Shown here one piece after another: positions 45,451 through 56,290 of a DNA stretch of 64,000 nt. A program made the position numbers and the translations under genes. This stretch comes from Flectonema sp. DT1601. Taxonomy: Eukaryota. The stretch's first letter is position 1; each line of letters begins with the position of its first letter. The notes under the pieces were generated by a model that was given only the letters and a program-made list of their open reading frames with translations, was not told the DNA's origin and searched no databases. The DNA is taken from positions 1,364,001 to 1,428,000 of the forward strand of contig OZ025794.1 of the NCBI GenBank assembly GCA_964019425.1, read 5' to 3'.

Positions 45451-46668
45451 ATGACCACTATACTAGATGATATTCAGGGAGCAAGTGTCTCTGTAGTTGG
45501 TTCAGTTCTGAGATACAGCAGAGTTGATTTAGTTGTGTTGTATCAAATAGATATTAACACTGAAGGAGGTTGTTGGCAGGTGGCGAAAAGATTTAAAGAT
45601 TTTAAATTATTTCACCAAGAGCTTCAAGATGAGAAGAACCGAAAGTGGTCATTATTCGGATGTGGTCTTCCGAACTTACCTTCTCAAGGAATATTTACGT
45701 CTACAAACCAGTCGAAGAAATTGATCGAATCGAGGAGACAACACCTCCATGAGTATATTCAAAAACTTCTTGAAATCTCACTCGACGATCCTGTCGCTGC
45801 TGCGCAGTTGGACATCTTCTTAAAACCGATTGAGAGAACTAATGATGTTTACCCTTCTATTAATACAATAGTTTCTCACACCGCGTGGGATATTACTCAA
45901 TTGGAACCAGATTTAAGTCCAACAGTACTTCCATCACTTCCATGGGCATCTCATGAATATAATACAATGACAGGTCATTGTTATAGAATAGCTGCTACAA
46001 GGGGGGAACATTTCTCGACTGTCCGTTCTCGATTTTTGGAATTTCAAAATTTCTGTAACTGGATAAGAGATATGAATGACAGAGTCCCAAACACTAGAGA
46101 AGTGTTGTGGTACATCGTAAAGTACAGAGATCAAGTTAATCATCATGAGGTTAAATCATCTCTTAGAGATTCTCTGTTAAATATTAGAAGGTCGAGATCA
46201 TTTAAGATTGGAACCCCACCAGTTAGAAAGTTACCTGAGTCATTCCCTGTTGACTGGGAGATTGATACTGATGCTGCTACACTCGGATGGCAATTCGGTG
46301 ATGTCAATGTGACAGTCACAGAACCAGATGAACCCGCAGCTGTGAGAACACCAGTTGGAAGAAGTGATGGATGGCTTTTAACAAGTTTAGATTCTGAATT
46401 ACAAAAAGCTGAATCAGATGTTCACACTCCTGTGAGAGGATCGCCACCAGACCGCGCGGAAGCAAATTCTGATTCTGATTCCGAGTCGATCGGTTCATCA
46501 ACTTCAATCTCATCAGCTTCTTCATTGGGATCTCGTAGTACTCGTAGTAGTGGTTCTCGTTCTCGTCGTCATCGTCAGTGTAGTCATTCACCTGATAATC
46601 TGTTTACAACTTCTAAGTCTACAGCAATCCCGTTTACACCAAGTACTAGTTTTGCTGGTTTCTGTTAA
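45451..46668 (+). CDS. PX-domain protein with a Ser-rich C-terminus
   Basis: VLYQIDI...WQVAKRFKDFKLFHQEL...LPNLP...IESRRQHLHEYIQKLL...FL matches the PX domain pattern. Confidence 0.82.
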   Translation: MTTILDDIQGASVSVVGSVLRYSRVDLVVLYQIDINTEGGCWQVAKRFKDFKLFHQELQDEKNRKWSLFGCGLPNLPSQGIFTSTNQSKKLIESRRQHLHEYIQKLLEISLDDPVAAAQLDIFLKPIERTNDVYPSINTIVSHTAWDITQLEPDLSPTVLPSLPWASHEYNTMTGHCYRIAATRGEHFSTVRSRFLEFQNFCNWIRDMNDRVPNTREVLWYIVKYRDQVNHHEVKSSLRDSLLNIRRSRSFKIGTPPVRKLPESFPVDWEIDTDAATLGWQFGDVNVTVTEPDEPAAVRTPVGRSDGWLLTSLDSELQKAESDVHTPVRGSPPDRAEANSDSDSESIGSSTSISSASSLGSRSTRSSGSRSRRHRQCSHSPDNLFTTSKSTAIPFTPSTSFAGFC

Positions 46669-48918
46669 CGTATTATTCAAAAGATATTATTAAAAAAAAA
46701 AAACTCTTCTCCCTACTAATTGGAGCTGCAGGTTATTACACAAAATAGTGATGAATACAATTACTCATCAGGGAAAAATCCTGAATATAAATTTAAGACG
46801 GAAAAGAAAAAAAAAAAAAAAAAAAAATTTACAAACATATTAAAACGATTTTTTCCCTCTTTTTTTCTTTTTTTAAAAGAGGAAAAAAAAGAGGGGGAGG
46901 GGAATACCCCATTAAACGACGAAACACAAATAAAATTTTGGCTTTACCTTTAACTGACGTGGAGCTTATTATTGGTTTCCCCTCCCTCTATAAGTATTCC
47001 TGTGACATCTATTTAGCCCTATATATATAGTATCGGCAATGATTTGTGTTGCTCTGTTCTGAGAAAGAAAGGGAGAAAAAAAAAAGAAAAAAAAAAAGGA
47101 AAAAGGGGGTAGGTCCCTCTTCTTTATTCATACGTTTGTTTTGTTAAGTTCTTTTCATATGATAATAACTTCCCGTTCCCCCCAACAAAAAAAAAAAAAA
47201 AAAAAAAAAAAACTCTTTTTTTTTTAATATAAATACGAAGAACAGAAAGAAAACAAACTAATTATTTATAAGAAAGAACTGTATTCACTTCTTCCGCTAA
47301 TTAGTAACAACGGATGTATTTTAGAATAATCGGAAAAAAAGGGTTTTCACCTTCCAATTGGTGTCTCCCATAAGAACTGATGTGTGTTTAGTATGTCATC
47401 ATTTGCTCACATCCGCTGATAATCTTTTATAAGAAAGAAATGTACTAACTTGAGTTCAGTCACATCCCCTACGACAAGACTTTTCACACGCATGTAACAA
47501 TAACACCAGATCTAATCTGATATTTGTTATTAATAAGTTATTGATACTTTGATCACATGTGTTGGGTACTCTTTGGGATTGTTTTTGAGGGAAAATCTCC
47601 TCTTTTTTTTCTTCTTTTTTATTTTCTCTTTTTAAAAAAACAAAAAAAACTTGCGAGCTGTGGCCATCGTTTCTCAGAGTTGGTTGGAGTTGACGCTTTT
47701 TGACATCCATCAGTCCTGGGCGGCAGTTGGGTGCCCTGGGTGACTTGGATAAATAAATCAAGGTTAATAAATGCTTCCAAGCGTTCCTTTTTCGAGTTTC
47801 TTTTCATCATTTCTACAATACTCGCTCCGGTACAAGTACCACAAGTAAAGTTCTGTAGAATAATGTAACATGTGAATACATGGATCATTATGAAAGTAAG
47901 AAAGGACTGTCTAACCACCTCAATCCTGGAATACGTGTCCTTTTATTGATGGTAAAGAAACTGCTTGCGCTGCTTGAGAGAAACCATCTTCCCAAAACCC
48001 CCTCTAGAATCCTTTTAGTTATGTCAAAGTAAAACATGAATTGGCTTGGTCCGGCGCAGTTATGACCACCTTCCCCTCCCAAATCATTTCTCTTTTATTT
48101 TCTTTAGTTTTTTTCAACTTGTTAGCCTCTGGGCAAGGTGGGAGCTGGGAGTCGATCATTTCCAGCCGAAGCTACTAACTACAATCTTCGCGATTGGGTC
48201 CTTACTGATGCGGGCTACCCAGACCCCTCGTAGTCATCAGTTCTGTATTTCGCTAACTAACTCTTTTTATTTTCTTTCCCGCCTACTTGGTTCTCATTTG
48301 TTTTTGTACTCTCTCTTGTTGGCGGTTGATGGTTGACTTGGATTGTTTTCTTAATCCCTTTCTGGTACTGAGCGTGTAAACGCTTGCTCGATTTCCTCGC
48401 TTCGATTCGACAAAAAGTCTTACTGAGTGTTGCTCGACCCCCGTCATGTGGTTACCGATCTAAGTACTTGTTTACATCGTTTATACTCTTAATGATGTTA
48501 TGGTGTTGTAAGAGAATGATTACTACGCTCAGCTTCTCTGCCTAAGTCTCCTGCTGCTTCTCCTCAAGGTTGATACTTCCCGGAAGGATTAGCCAGAAGA
48601 ACAGATGCAGCACATTAAGGATGACCTTTTTATTCCGGTCTTACCTCTCCAGCTTCAGCTTCAAGTTACATTGACCGCGACATCGGGTTTTATGTTTTTT
48701 TTTTATTTTTCTTAGTAGATCATCAGCCGTTCTGCCCAACTTCCTTAACGTATATCTTATAGTGAGTGTCTTCTTCGTTTTTTTTTTTACTTTCTTTCAT
48801 TCGATGACTTTCCTGAGGGACTGCAAATTCCAACCCTTTTGGAATACGAAATTCAATACCACCGTTGATGTTTTTCTCTCTGCAGGTATCCCGTTCTGTC
48901 TGGTAGGACATGAATTTG

Positions 48919-49180
48919 AACCCTGGTCGCAGGAGTTTTCCCTTTTTTTTTTTTTTCCCCCTCAACTTTCAGTAACCAGTAGGCCTAAAAAGGTTGCAAT
49001 CATTAAACTTGCGAGCACTGAGTGCGCTCCTTAGTAGGCTGGTATAAACCCTGATGTTTGCCAGGAGTTATTATATCGTTTTTTTTTTTTTTTTTTTTTG
49101 AGAAAAAAATGAACATATTAAATAATAGTACCAAATTGCGGTATACATACGTGATGAACCAACCCTGGTTTTCAGGAGTT
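48919..49180 (+). repeat. Three copies of the hairpin motif AACCCTG-loop-CAGGAGTT
   Basis: Copies at 48919-48937, 49047-49069 and 49161-49180 have identical arms and different loops. Confidence 0.85.
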
Positions 49181-49862
49181 TTTTTTTATGGGAACGATGG
49201 ATGGATATTGTGGTCGATTTTGGCTTCAAGGATGTGATATAAGTTGTAAAAAAAAAGTGTTTTCTTTTTTTATTGTTACACTGTATGAGGATTATTAAGC
49301 ATTTTGTTAAAGTATCATTGTTTTAATTTTTTCCATAATTGTTGTTTCCATTTTTGTTTTTAAATAATCATCAAGTTGCAAGGAACACCATAAATGTTTT
49401 ATGTCTTCATTCATCGTAGGGAGTATAACATTACCGAATCTATTAGCTTACAGCTATCGCTTGTGATAATTAGTTTGGGTTCAGCTTCCCCAGATGGTTG
49501 TTGGATTTTATTTTGTTTTTTCCTACAACAAAGTTCTGGAACTTTTGTTTTTGTTAGTGTGTTGTTTCACCTCCTCCTCCTCTTTTCTTTTTGAGGTTCT
49601 CTTTTTAATGATATCGAGAGAAACAAAGTATTGTTAACTTCTGTTTTTTAACTCATCAATTCAAGGCAGACTTTCACATTCTATTCTACGAGTAACGTTG
49701 TTATACCTCCTCCTCCTTTCTTTTTTTTTTTTTTTTTTTTTTTTTGTATTTCGAAGAAAACAAACGCTGGTTTTTATTTATTTATTTTTAGTTTTGTTTG
49801 TTGGTCGCTTAACTATACCGTTTCTTGTTCTGTTTTTTTTTTTTTTTTTTTTTTTTTTGTAC

Positions 49863-49971
49863 CGACGTAGTCGGAGAAACCATTCTGATTGAAAGCCGTT
49901 ATTTCTTATGTTCCCCGTGTGGCAGGAGTCTGTCTGCGTTCAATGAAATATAAGGCTAATCTGAATGGTTT
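49863..49971 (+). repeat. Dispersed ~110-130 bp repeat with internal inverted ends, copy 1
   Basis: Shares cgacgtagtcggagaa, attc(t/a)gattgaaagccgtt, ttccccgtg, ctgt.tgcgttcaa and gaaatataaggctaatctgaatggtttt with 52155-52286. Confidence 0.9.
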
Positions 49972-50308
49972 TCTTTTTTGTTGCTGCGATCCACAAAATG
50001 TAAAGCTAATCTGAATGGTTTCGTTCCCTTATTCAGTGTGGTTGTCGAGAACGACCGTTGAGAATCTGACGGAGAAAACGCTTTTCTTCTTTTCGTCATA
50101 TTGTCGTTTGCTCCTTTATTTGTTTTTTCCCCATCAATTTTTTTTTAAAAATGAGTTTAAAGCCTTATTGGCTTACAGCAAAAATTAATAGGCTATTTTT
50201 TTTAAAATTTATTTTGTCGCCCTGTTACTCAGTTCAGTATTGTTTCTCCGCGTGCTTCCGCGATAGGCTTAAAATGTTGCCGTTTTGTTTTTGCTACAAG
50301 TACGTGTT

Positions 50309-50341
<33 letters not shown>

Positions 50342-52154
50342 CGCACACGACTTTTTTTCTTGCTTGTAGTCTATTCCCCTTCCCTTATATCTTTTCTATA
50401 ATTTATCTATTTGGCTACTCTTTTTCATCGAAAGGAGAAGCCAGTGCATAGGACGGAGTCGGAGAAGTTAGTTGTGGTCTTTTGGGAAAGTTGTAAAGTA
50501 ACAACTCTACACTTCGACTATGCTCCTCCCTATTCTACTCTTAATTATCTATTAACACTTTATTTCATCGAAGAGAGAAAACCGATGCAGCCAAGAGTTG
50601 TACATTCTTTTCATTTACTATTTTAGGGATTTAAAAAAAAAAAAAATAAAAAAAACCCGCAAAATTTCAAGTATTGAGGTGTGGTTGTTGAAAATATAGT
50701 TCGGGGAGTTTGTGCATATTTCTTACTCACAGAACCTACTCACTGGTACCTTACAAAGAGCCTGCATTAAATTCACATCCCGAGTAAATCAGTAAAAAAA
50801 ACAACGCCCTACAAAAAAAAAAAAAAAGATTCAATCTGCTACCCCATCCTCGCTTTCTATTATGATGAGTTTAACTCCTCTTCTCCGTGTGTTTTGTGTC
50901 TGTTGTTGTGATTAATTAGCTTAAGAAGCTAATTAAAAAATCAAAAAAATCAAAAAAAAAAAAAAAAAAAAAATTATCGATGTCTATCGGGTGTCTGTGG
51001 GTGTTATTTGAATATAATTACATTATTTCTCTCTCTTTTTGTTTTTTCCTGCCTTCCTTTTCTTTGTAAAATAAAAGGTCAATTTATACTACGAGCTTTT
51101 GTGAAACAGAAGTTTCCTTTTTTTTTTCACCCCCTCCATTAAAATATTAGTATCAAGTTACCCCCTGAATCCCATACTCGATATCACATGTGGGAATTCT
51201 TATTGATACCAATTGTTGATCTTCTTATTGCAAACAGGTTTGGCCGAACCCGTTCGTTTTAGCCAGTTTCAAATTGCTTTATATTTAATTATAGTATCAA
51301 GTTACCTCCTTGTTTTTTTAAATTATTTTTCTTTGAGAACGACTACTGCAATATTATAAAGTTATGCTTCGCTTCTGGGTAGGATTTCTTTATCGTTTTT
51401 TTTTGCTGTCGCAAAGAAAAAAAAAAAAAAAAAAAGCATTTTAGTAATTATTATTATTATTATTATTATTTGTTAAAATCAAAGAAGACATTGAAATGTA
51501 AAAAAAAATTTCAACTGCACACTTGAAAAAAGTCAGGAGAAACAAAAAAAATAATAATAAGAATAAGAAACAAGTCTATTTATCTACACGTGTCTACGTA
51601 CGTATGTATTCCTGTATATATGATGAAATACTGGGAAAACGAAAAAATTCTATATTTTTTTTTAAAATTTTTTTTTTTTTTTTGTACATCTCTCCAAGGA
51701 ACACAGAAGCCATTAAGGAAATAATTGGAAGTAATTTCATATTTCGGGTTTCTTGAATCATATTAACTTATATTATATTTATAAAACAATGCAGTCATTG
51801 TGAATCACGTTTCCCCTTAAGAGGGATTTCTGTTATAGCTTGAGAGCTTCTTCCGATTTGTACTTCTTCGACTTTAGAAGAAGTAATGTGTGTCCATCTT
51901 TTAATAATTAAAAAAAAAAAAATCCTCTTTTAGTCTGCTCATATGTAAGGTGGTTATTATTCTCAAAGAATAAGTCGTCTTTGAGTGGTGCATGTGAGAG
52001 TTTAAAGGAGGAACCAAGGATTTAATGGTAGGACGCAGCAACATTCAATTTATTCATAAAACCGAAAATTTTCATTTTTTTTTTAAAATATTTTAACTCT
52101 TGTTCTCTCTTTAATTTGTGTATGCCTCAGGTGTTTTCCTTTTTCTTTTTATAT

Positions 52155-52286
52155 CGACGTAGTCGGAGAAGAAACTATTCAGATTGAAAGCCGTTGTTTC
52201 TAAGAGTGATTTATTTCCCCGTGCGACAGGATTCTGTTTGCGTTCAACTAAAAACTACCGAAATATAAGGCTAATCTGAATGGTTT
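52155..52286 (+). repeat. Dispersed ~110-130 bp repeat with internal inverted ends, copy 2
   Basis: Same blocks as 49863-49971, with short insertions. Confidence 0.9.
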
Positions 52287-54298
52287 TTTGTTTGTGTGCT
52301 ATCAAAAGATTGTTTTTATGTAATTTTTGACTTATCTATTATTCTTTAATTAATAGCTTACCCTCAGACTTGGTCACTGAATCTTGTGTTGTGGGTAGGG
52401 TTTCTATTCGTGTGTTTGTTTCGTGTTTTGATGATCTTTTTTTACTTACTTACAAATTATTACGTAAGTTCTGTACTCTCTCTTTTTTCTTATCTCCGAG
52501 TCCTTTGATGTAAAATTGATGGATTTTAACTTTCTTTAATTCTTGATATTGTGCCCTGCTCAGCTACTTTAGCGTGTTGAAGGCACATTTTCGTGTGTGT
52601 GGAAAAAAAACTATGTGGTTCTTTTTTTTTCACGTTTCTGTCCTTTTCCTGTTTGCACTTATTATCTTTAACACACTTTTCTCGTATTTTTGTGGCTCTC
52701 TTTGTAAAGTGTCGTCCGTGACGTTTGTTTTTTCAATCCACTTTTTTTTTTTTTTTTTTAATACTGTTTTTTGATCTTAGTAGTAACGACACACGTAGTG
52801 TGTTAGTTTTCCTTTTAATAGTTCCCTTTTTTCTTTATTGTGCTCCGACACTCTTATTCTAAGCTCTGTTATAGTTTTATGGCTGTGGCACGTAACTATG
52901 AGCCTCTTCAATTCCCAAAGAGTTCGACTGTCGTATAAAAAACAAGAACAAAATAAAATAAAAACAAAAACACAGAATACCAACATTATCGCTGTTGGAT
53001 GTTCAGATTCTTTCACTACTTTTTGTTAGTATGATCGAAAGTAGGACTTTTACTCCTTAGTTATTTAACATTATCGAATACTATAGTGGTGAACAGTCAA
53101 AGGAGTGAACAAGTACGCATGAATAACTACTATAAAAAGGAATAGTTGTATCTTCAGGAGGATTTCCCCTAAGGTCATTTAGAGAAACTGTTGTGTTTTA
53201 TGTGTTTGTTGAATGCTTGGTTATCCGGCAACTGAGTTCTTGTCACTGAACAGGTAAGAATTCCAATAATTATTATTTGTTGTGTTTGATGTGTGCGTTT
53301 AGATCTCACTATCTCTTTTTTATACCATCGACTGGGTACTGAAGTAGTGTTGAACAGTTCGCAATAAAAGCAAGTGTGGTGTGATAAGTTATTTTTGTAT
53401 TTTTAATGCAGGGAATCTAGAATTGAAAAAAAAAAGAAGAAAAAAAGGCGGGAAAATAATAATAATAAAAAGAAACACAGCACACACACGCAGTGCTGTT
53501 TATTTATAATCTGCTTCTCATGTTGGTCAGCGTCTTCCTGTTTGTTGTACTCGTATTGATGTTGTTGGTGTTGTTGATATCCGAACTTACTTATTACACC
53601 TGTCATTGTATCGCAGCTTTGGTTGCTTAGTTTGAGTATTATCTTTCTCGTTGTTAAAAACGAGAAGGGTTTGTTCCTTTTTTTTCTCTTTCTTTACACC
53701 AAACTTGTTCATTTTTCGGGTGCAGTTTTTTTTTTAAACCTGAAATCTTGTTTGGTTTTCTAATGGACAAAAATAAAAAAAGTTAAACTCGTGGTTGTTT
53801 TGGTATAGTTTTTCTTTTTGTTCCTTTTCCCTATCTATATAGTTCTGTTCTGATGTCAGTGACAATTTGCACCAATATCCTGGAGTACTAAAAGATTCCC
53901 TTCGTAGTTAGGGAATCGAACTGGAGATGCTTTTTGTTCAAACGAGTTGCTTTGTCTGTGGGGTCTGTCGTACTTTGGTTATTGGTGCCGACTTGTAGAA
54001 TCGATCATCCGTGATTGACACAACCGTGTGCCGCAGACCCCGGCTTGATATTTCTTTCCCTGTTTTTATCTTTTCATATCCTGTTATGTATTACTAAGCG
54101 TAATCCTCTTGGTGTAAAACCTGTCGACGTTTTATTGTGATTTAAACTTTTGACATCCCATTTTTTTTTCCGTTCAGGAATAAACACGCATGATCAATTC
54201 GATAGATGCTTGAGGTGGTTGGTTGGTGTGATTTGGTTGGCTAACCTCACTTTTTATTAAGTTTTTGATCACGACAGCCCACAGGGGGGTATCAAATT

Positions 54299-55696
54299 AT
54301 GTCAACGCGGAAAAGACGGAAAGACGAGGCAAAATACCCCACTGAAGACGGCACCTTATATACTTGTTCCCTGGAAGGGGACGAGGCAGTGGTTGAGCTA
54401 TTGAGTTCGAGAAAGACGAGCTTAGCTAATAGCCACGAGTACTTCGTTAGGGTAGTCGGTAAGGATAGACGACTAGACGGATGGGTGGCACAGGAGAATA
54501 TCAGTATCGAAGGTGTGGAGGAAGCTCCAAAGACTTACAAAAGAAAAGTATCAAAAACCGACCCGTTATACGTCTTTAGCCATTATGATGGCGTCGCAAC
54601 TGACGAAGCCGCAGCCCTGCACACATCAAAATTAAAAGAAGTAAAATGGATAGAAAGAGTCGTTTACGGATCACACGTCATTGATGCTTGGTATCCATCA
54701 TCATTTCCAAAGAAACATTTAAAGGAAGAAGTAATGCAGAATAGTGGAACATTATTTATTGACGAGCTTACATTAAAATATACCGGTAACGCCTTGAGAA
54801 TGGTTGAACTGAACCAAAGTCACGGTGAAGGTGTTTTTTGTGTCAGATCACCCCCAGGAATATGTCTCTATGACCACGACAACTGGGCATTGTGGGAAGT
54901 AGATGGTGGAGAAGGTCCAGAATACAATAATGATGTCGCAGAAAACGCTGTAAACACAAACGTTACAATGCACAGAGCTCTTGAAGCTGCTTCTAGAGAA
55001 CTCTATTGTCAGAATCTCAGTTTTTTATCAAAACTATTCCTCGATCATAAACAAGAATGCTACACCACTTCAAATTTTATATTTTTCGTATTAACCGAGA
55101 AAGTCCCCAGAGAAGACAGTGCTATAACTGGCAAAAGCCACGATTCTCGCACCGGCAGACCAGCAATAGGAGGACATGACTACATGTTTAGGGGATACTT
55201 CTCTAGAGAAAAGGCACAGCGTGATAACAATTTATCATGCATCATGGTGTTACCACCTTGGCAACGTTCTGGAATAGGTAGAATGTTAATACACTTTAGT
55301 TATTTATTATCAGGGAGAGAACCTCGTTTTAAAAAAACAATTGGAGCGGGTTCTCCAGAAAGACCATTGTCAGACTTAGGTAAGAAAGTATACCTACAGT
55401 ATTGGCAGCATCAAGTGTTGTGTTTCTTATCAGAATGGAAAGCTGTTGGAGCTCCTGGAACAGTAGCAGACTTAGTGTGCCACACTCATATTGAAAGGAG
55501 GGATGCTCTCAAAGCATTACACTCTCTTGGTTATCTTATAGAACCAGATACTAATCCTGAGATTGATTGGGATAGAGTAGACTTAGAAATCGTATCTCAG
55601 ACTAAAGCTGTTGGACCTCAAATCGACGAATCAAAACTCCGACACGTCGGTCTCGCCTTTGGAGCTGGTGACGATGATGACGCGTATGAAGTATGA
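54299..55696 (+). CDS. MYST-family histone acetyltransferase with an N-terminal chromo/Tudor-knot domain (Esa1/Tip60-like)
   Basis: EYFVR..GKDRRLDGWV, IDAWYPS.FP, YCQNL..LSKLFLDHK, GYFSREK, NNLSCIMVLPPWQRSGIG.MLI.FSY.LS and GSPERPLSDLG. Confidence 0.93.
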   Translation: MSTRKRRKDEAKYPTEDGTLYTCSLEGDEAVVELLSSRKTSLANSHEYFVRVVGKDRRLDGWVAQENISIEGVEEAPKTYKRKVSKTDPLYVFSHYDGVATDEAAALHTSKLKEVKWIERVVYGSHVIDAWYPSSFPKKHLKEEVMQNSGTLFIDELTLKYTGNALRMVELNQSHGEGVFCVRSPPGICLYDHDNWALWEVDGGEGPEYNNDVAENAVNTNVTMHRALEAASRELYCQNLSFLSKLFLDHKQECYTTSNFIFFVLTEKVPREDSAITGKSHDSRTGRPAIGGHDYMFRGYFSREKAQRDNNLSCIMVLPPWQRSGIGRMLIHFSYLLSGREPRFKKTIGAGSPERPLSDLGKKVYLQYWQHQVLCFLSEWKAVGAPGTVADLVCHTHIERRDALKALHSLGYLIEPDTNPEIDWDRVDLEIVSQTKAVGPQIDESKLRHVGLAFGAGDDDDAYEV

Positions 55697-56290
55697 CAGC
55701 ATCTCTACTTCTGTCGTGTCTACCTGTTCTACAGATATTCTTGTCTGTAACAATCACTACTTTTTGTTACTTTTTCTGAACAATAAAATCAAACGGAGTA
55801 GTTTGGAGCTATTTATCTGTTGATTTCCTTCTCCTTCAGTCGTGGAGATAATTGCTTTAATGAAATGAGAATACTCACTTTTGGTTGAAAGAACATTTGG
55901 AAGAGAGTCACTCAGATTCCGATAAATAGCAACTTGTAGAGGCGGGGGGGGGAGGTATTTCAGAAAAAGAAAAAAAATATATATAAAAAAAAAAATAATA
56001 AAAACTCTCTACGTGTTTTAACCGCAAAACTTATTGCAAACTAAATAAAAGTTTTTATATTTCCTTTCTGAAGTACTAAAGCTAAAGAGGTAACTTCATT
56101 TCAATTGCAGTGTTGTCAGAACTGTTTACTAATCGACTACGGCGATCAATTTATTATCAATCGAAGAGACTTATCCTTATCAACTACTTTACTCTAACAG
56201 CTGACTAGTGATGGTATTGAAGAACACTTTATGAACATAAATGTTACCTTTTAAAACAACATACTCCCCCACTAACAGGTGAATGATAAC

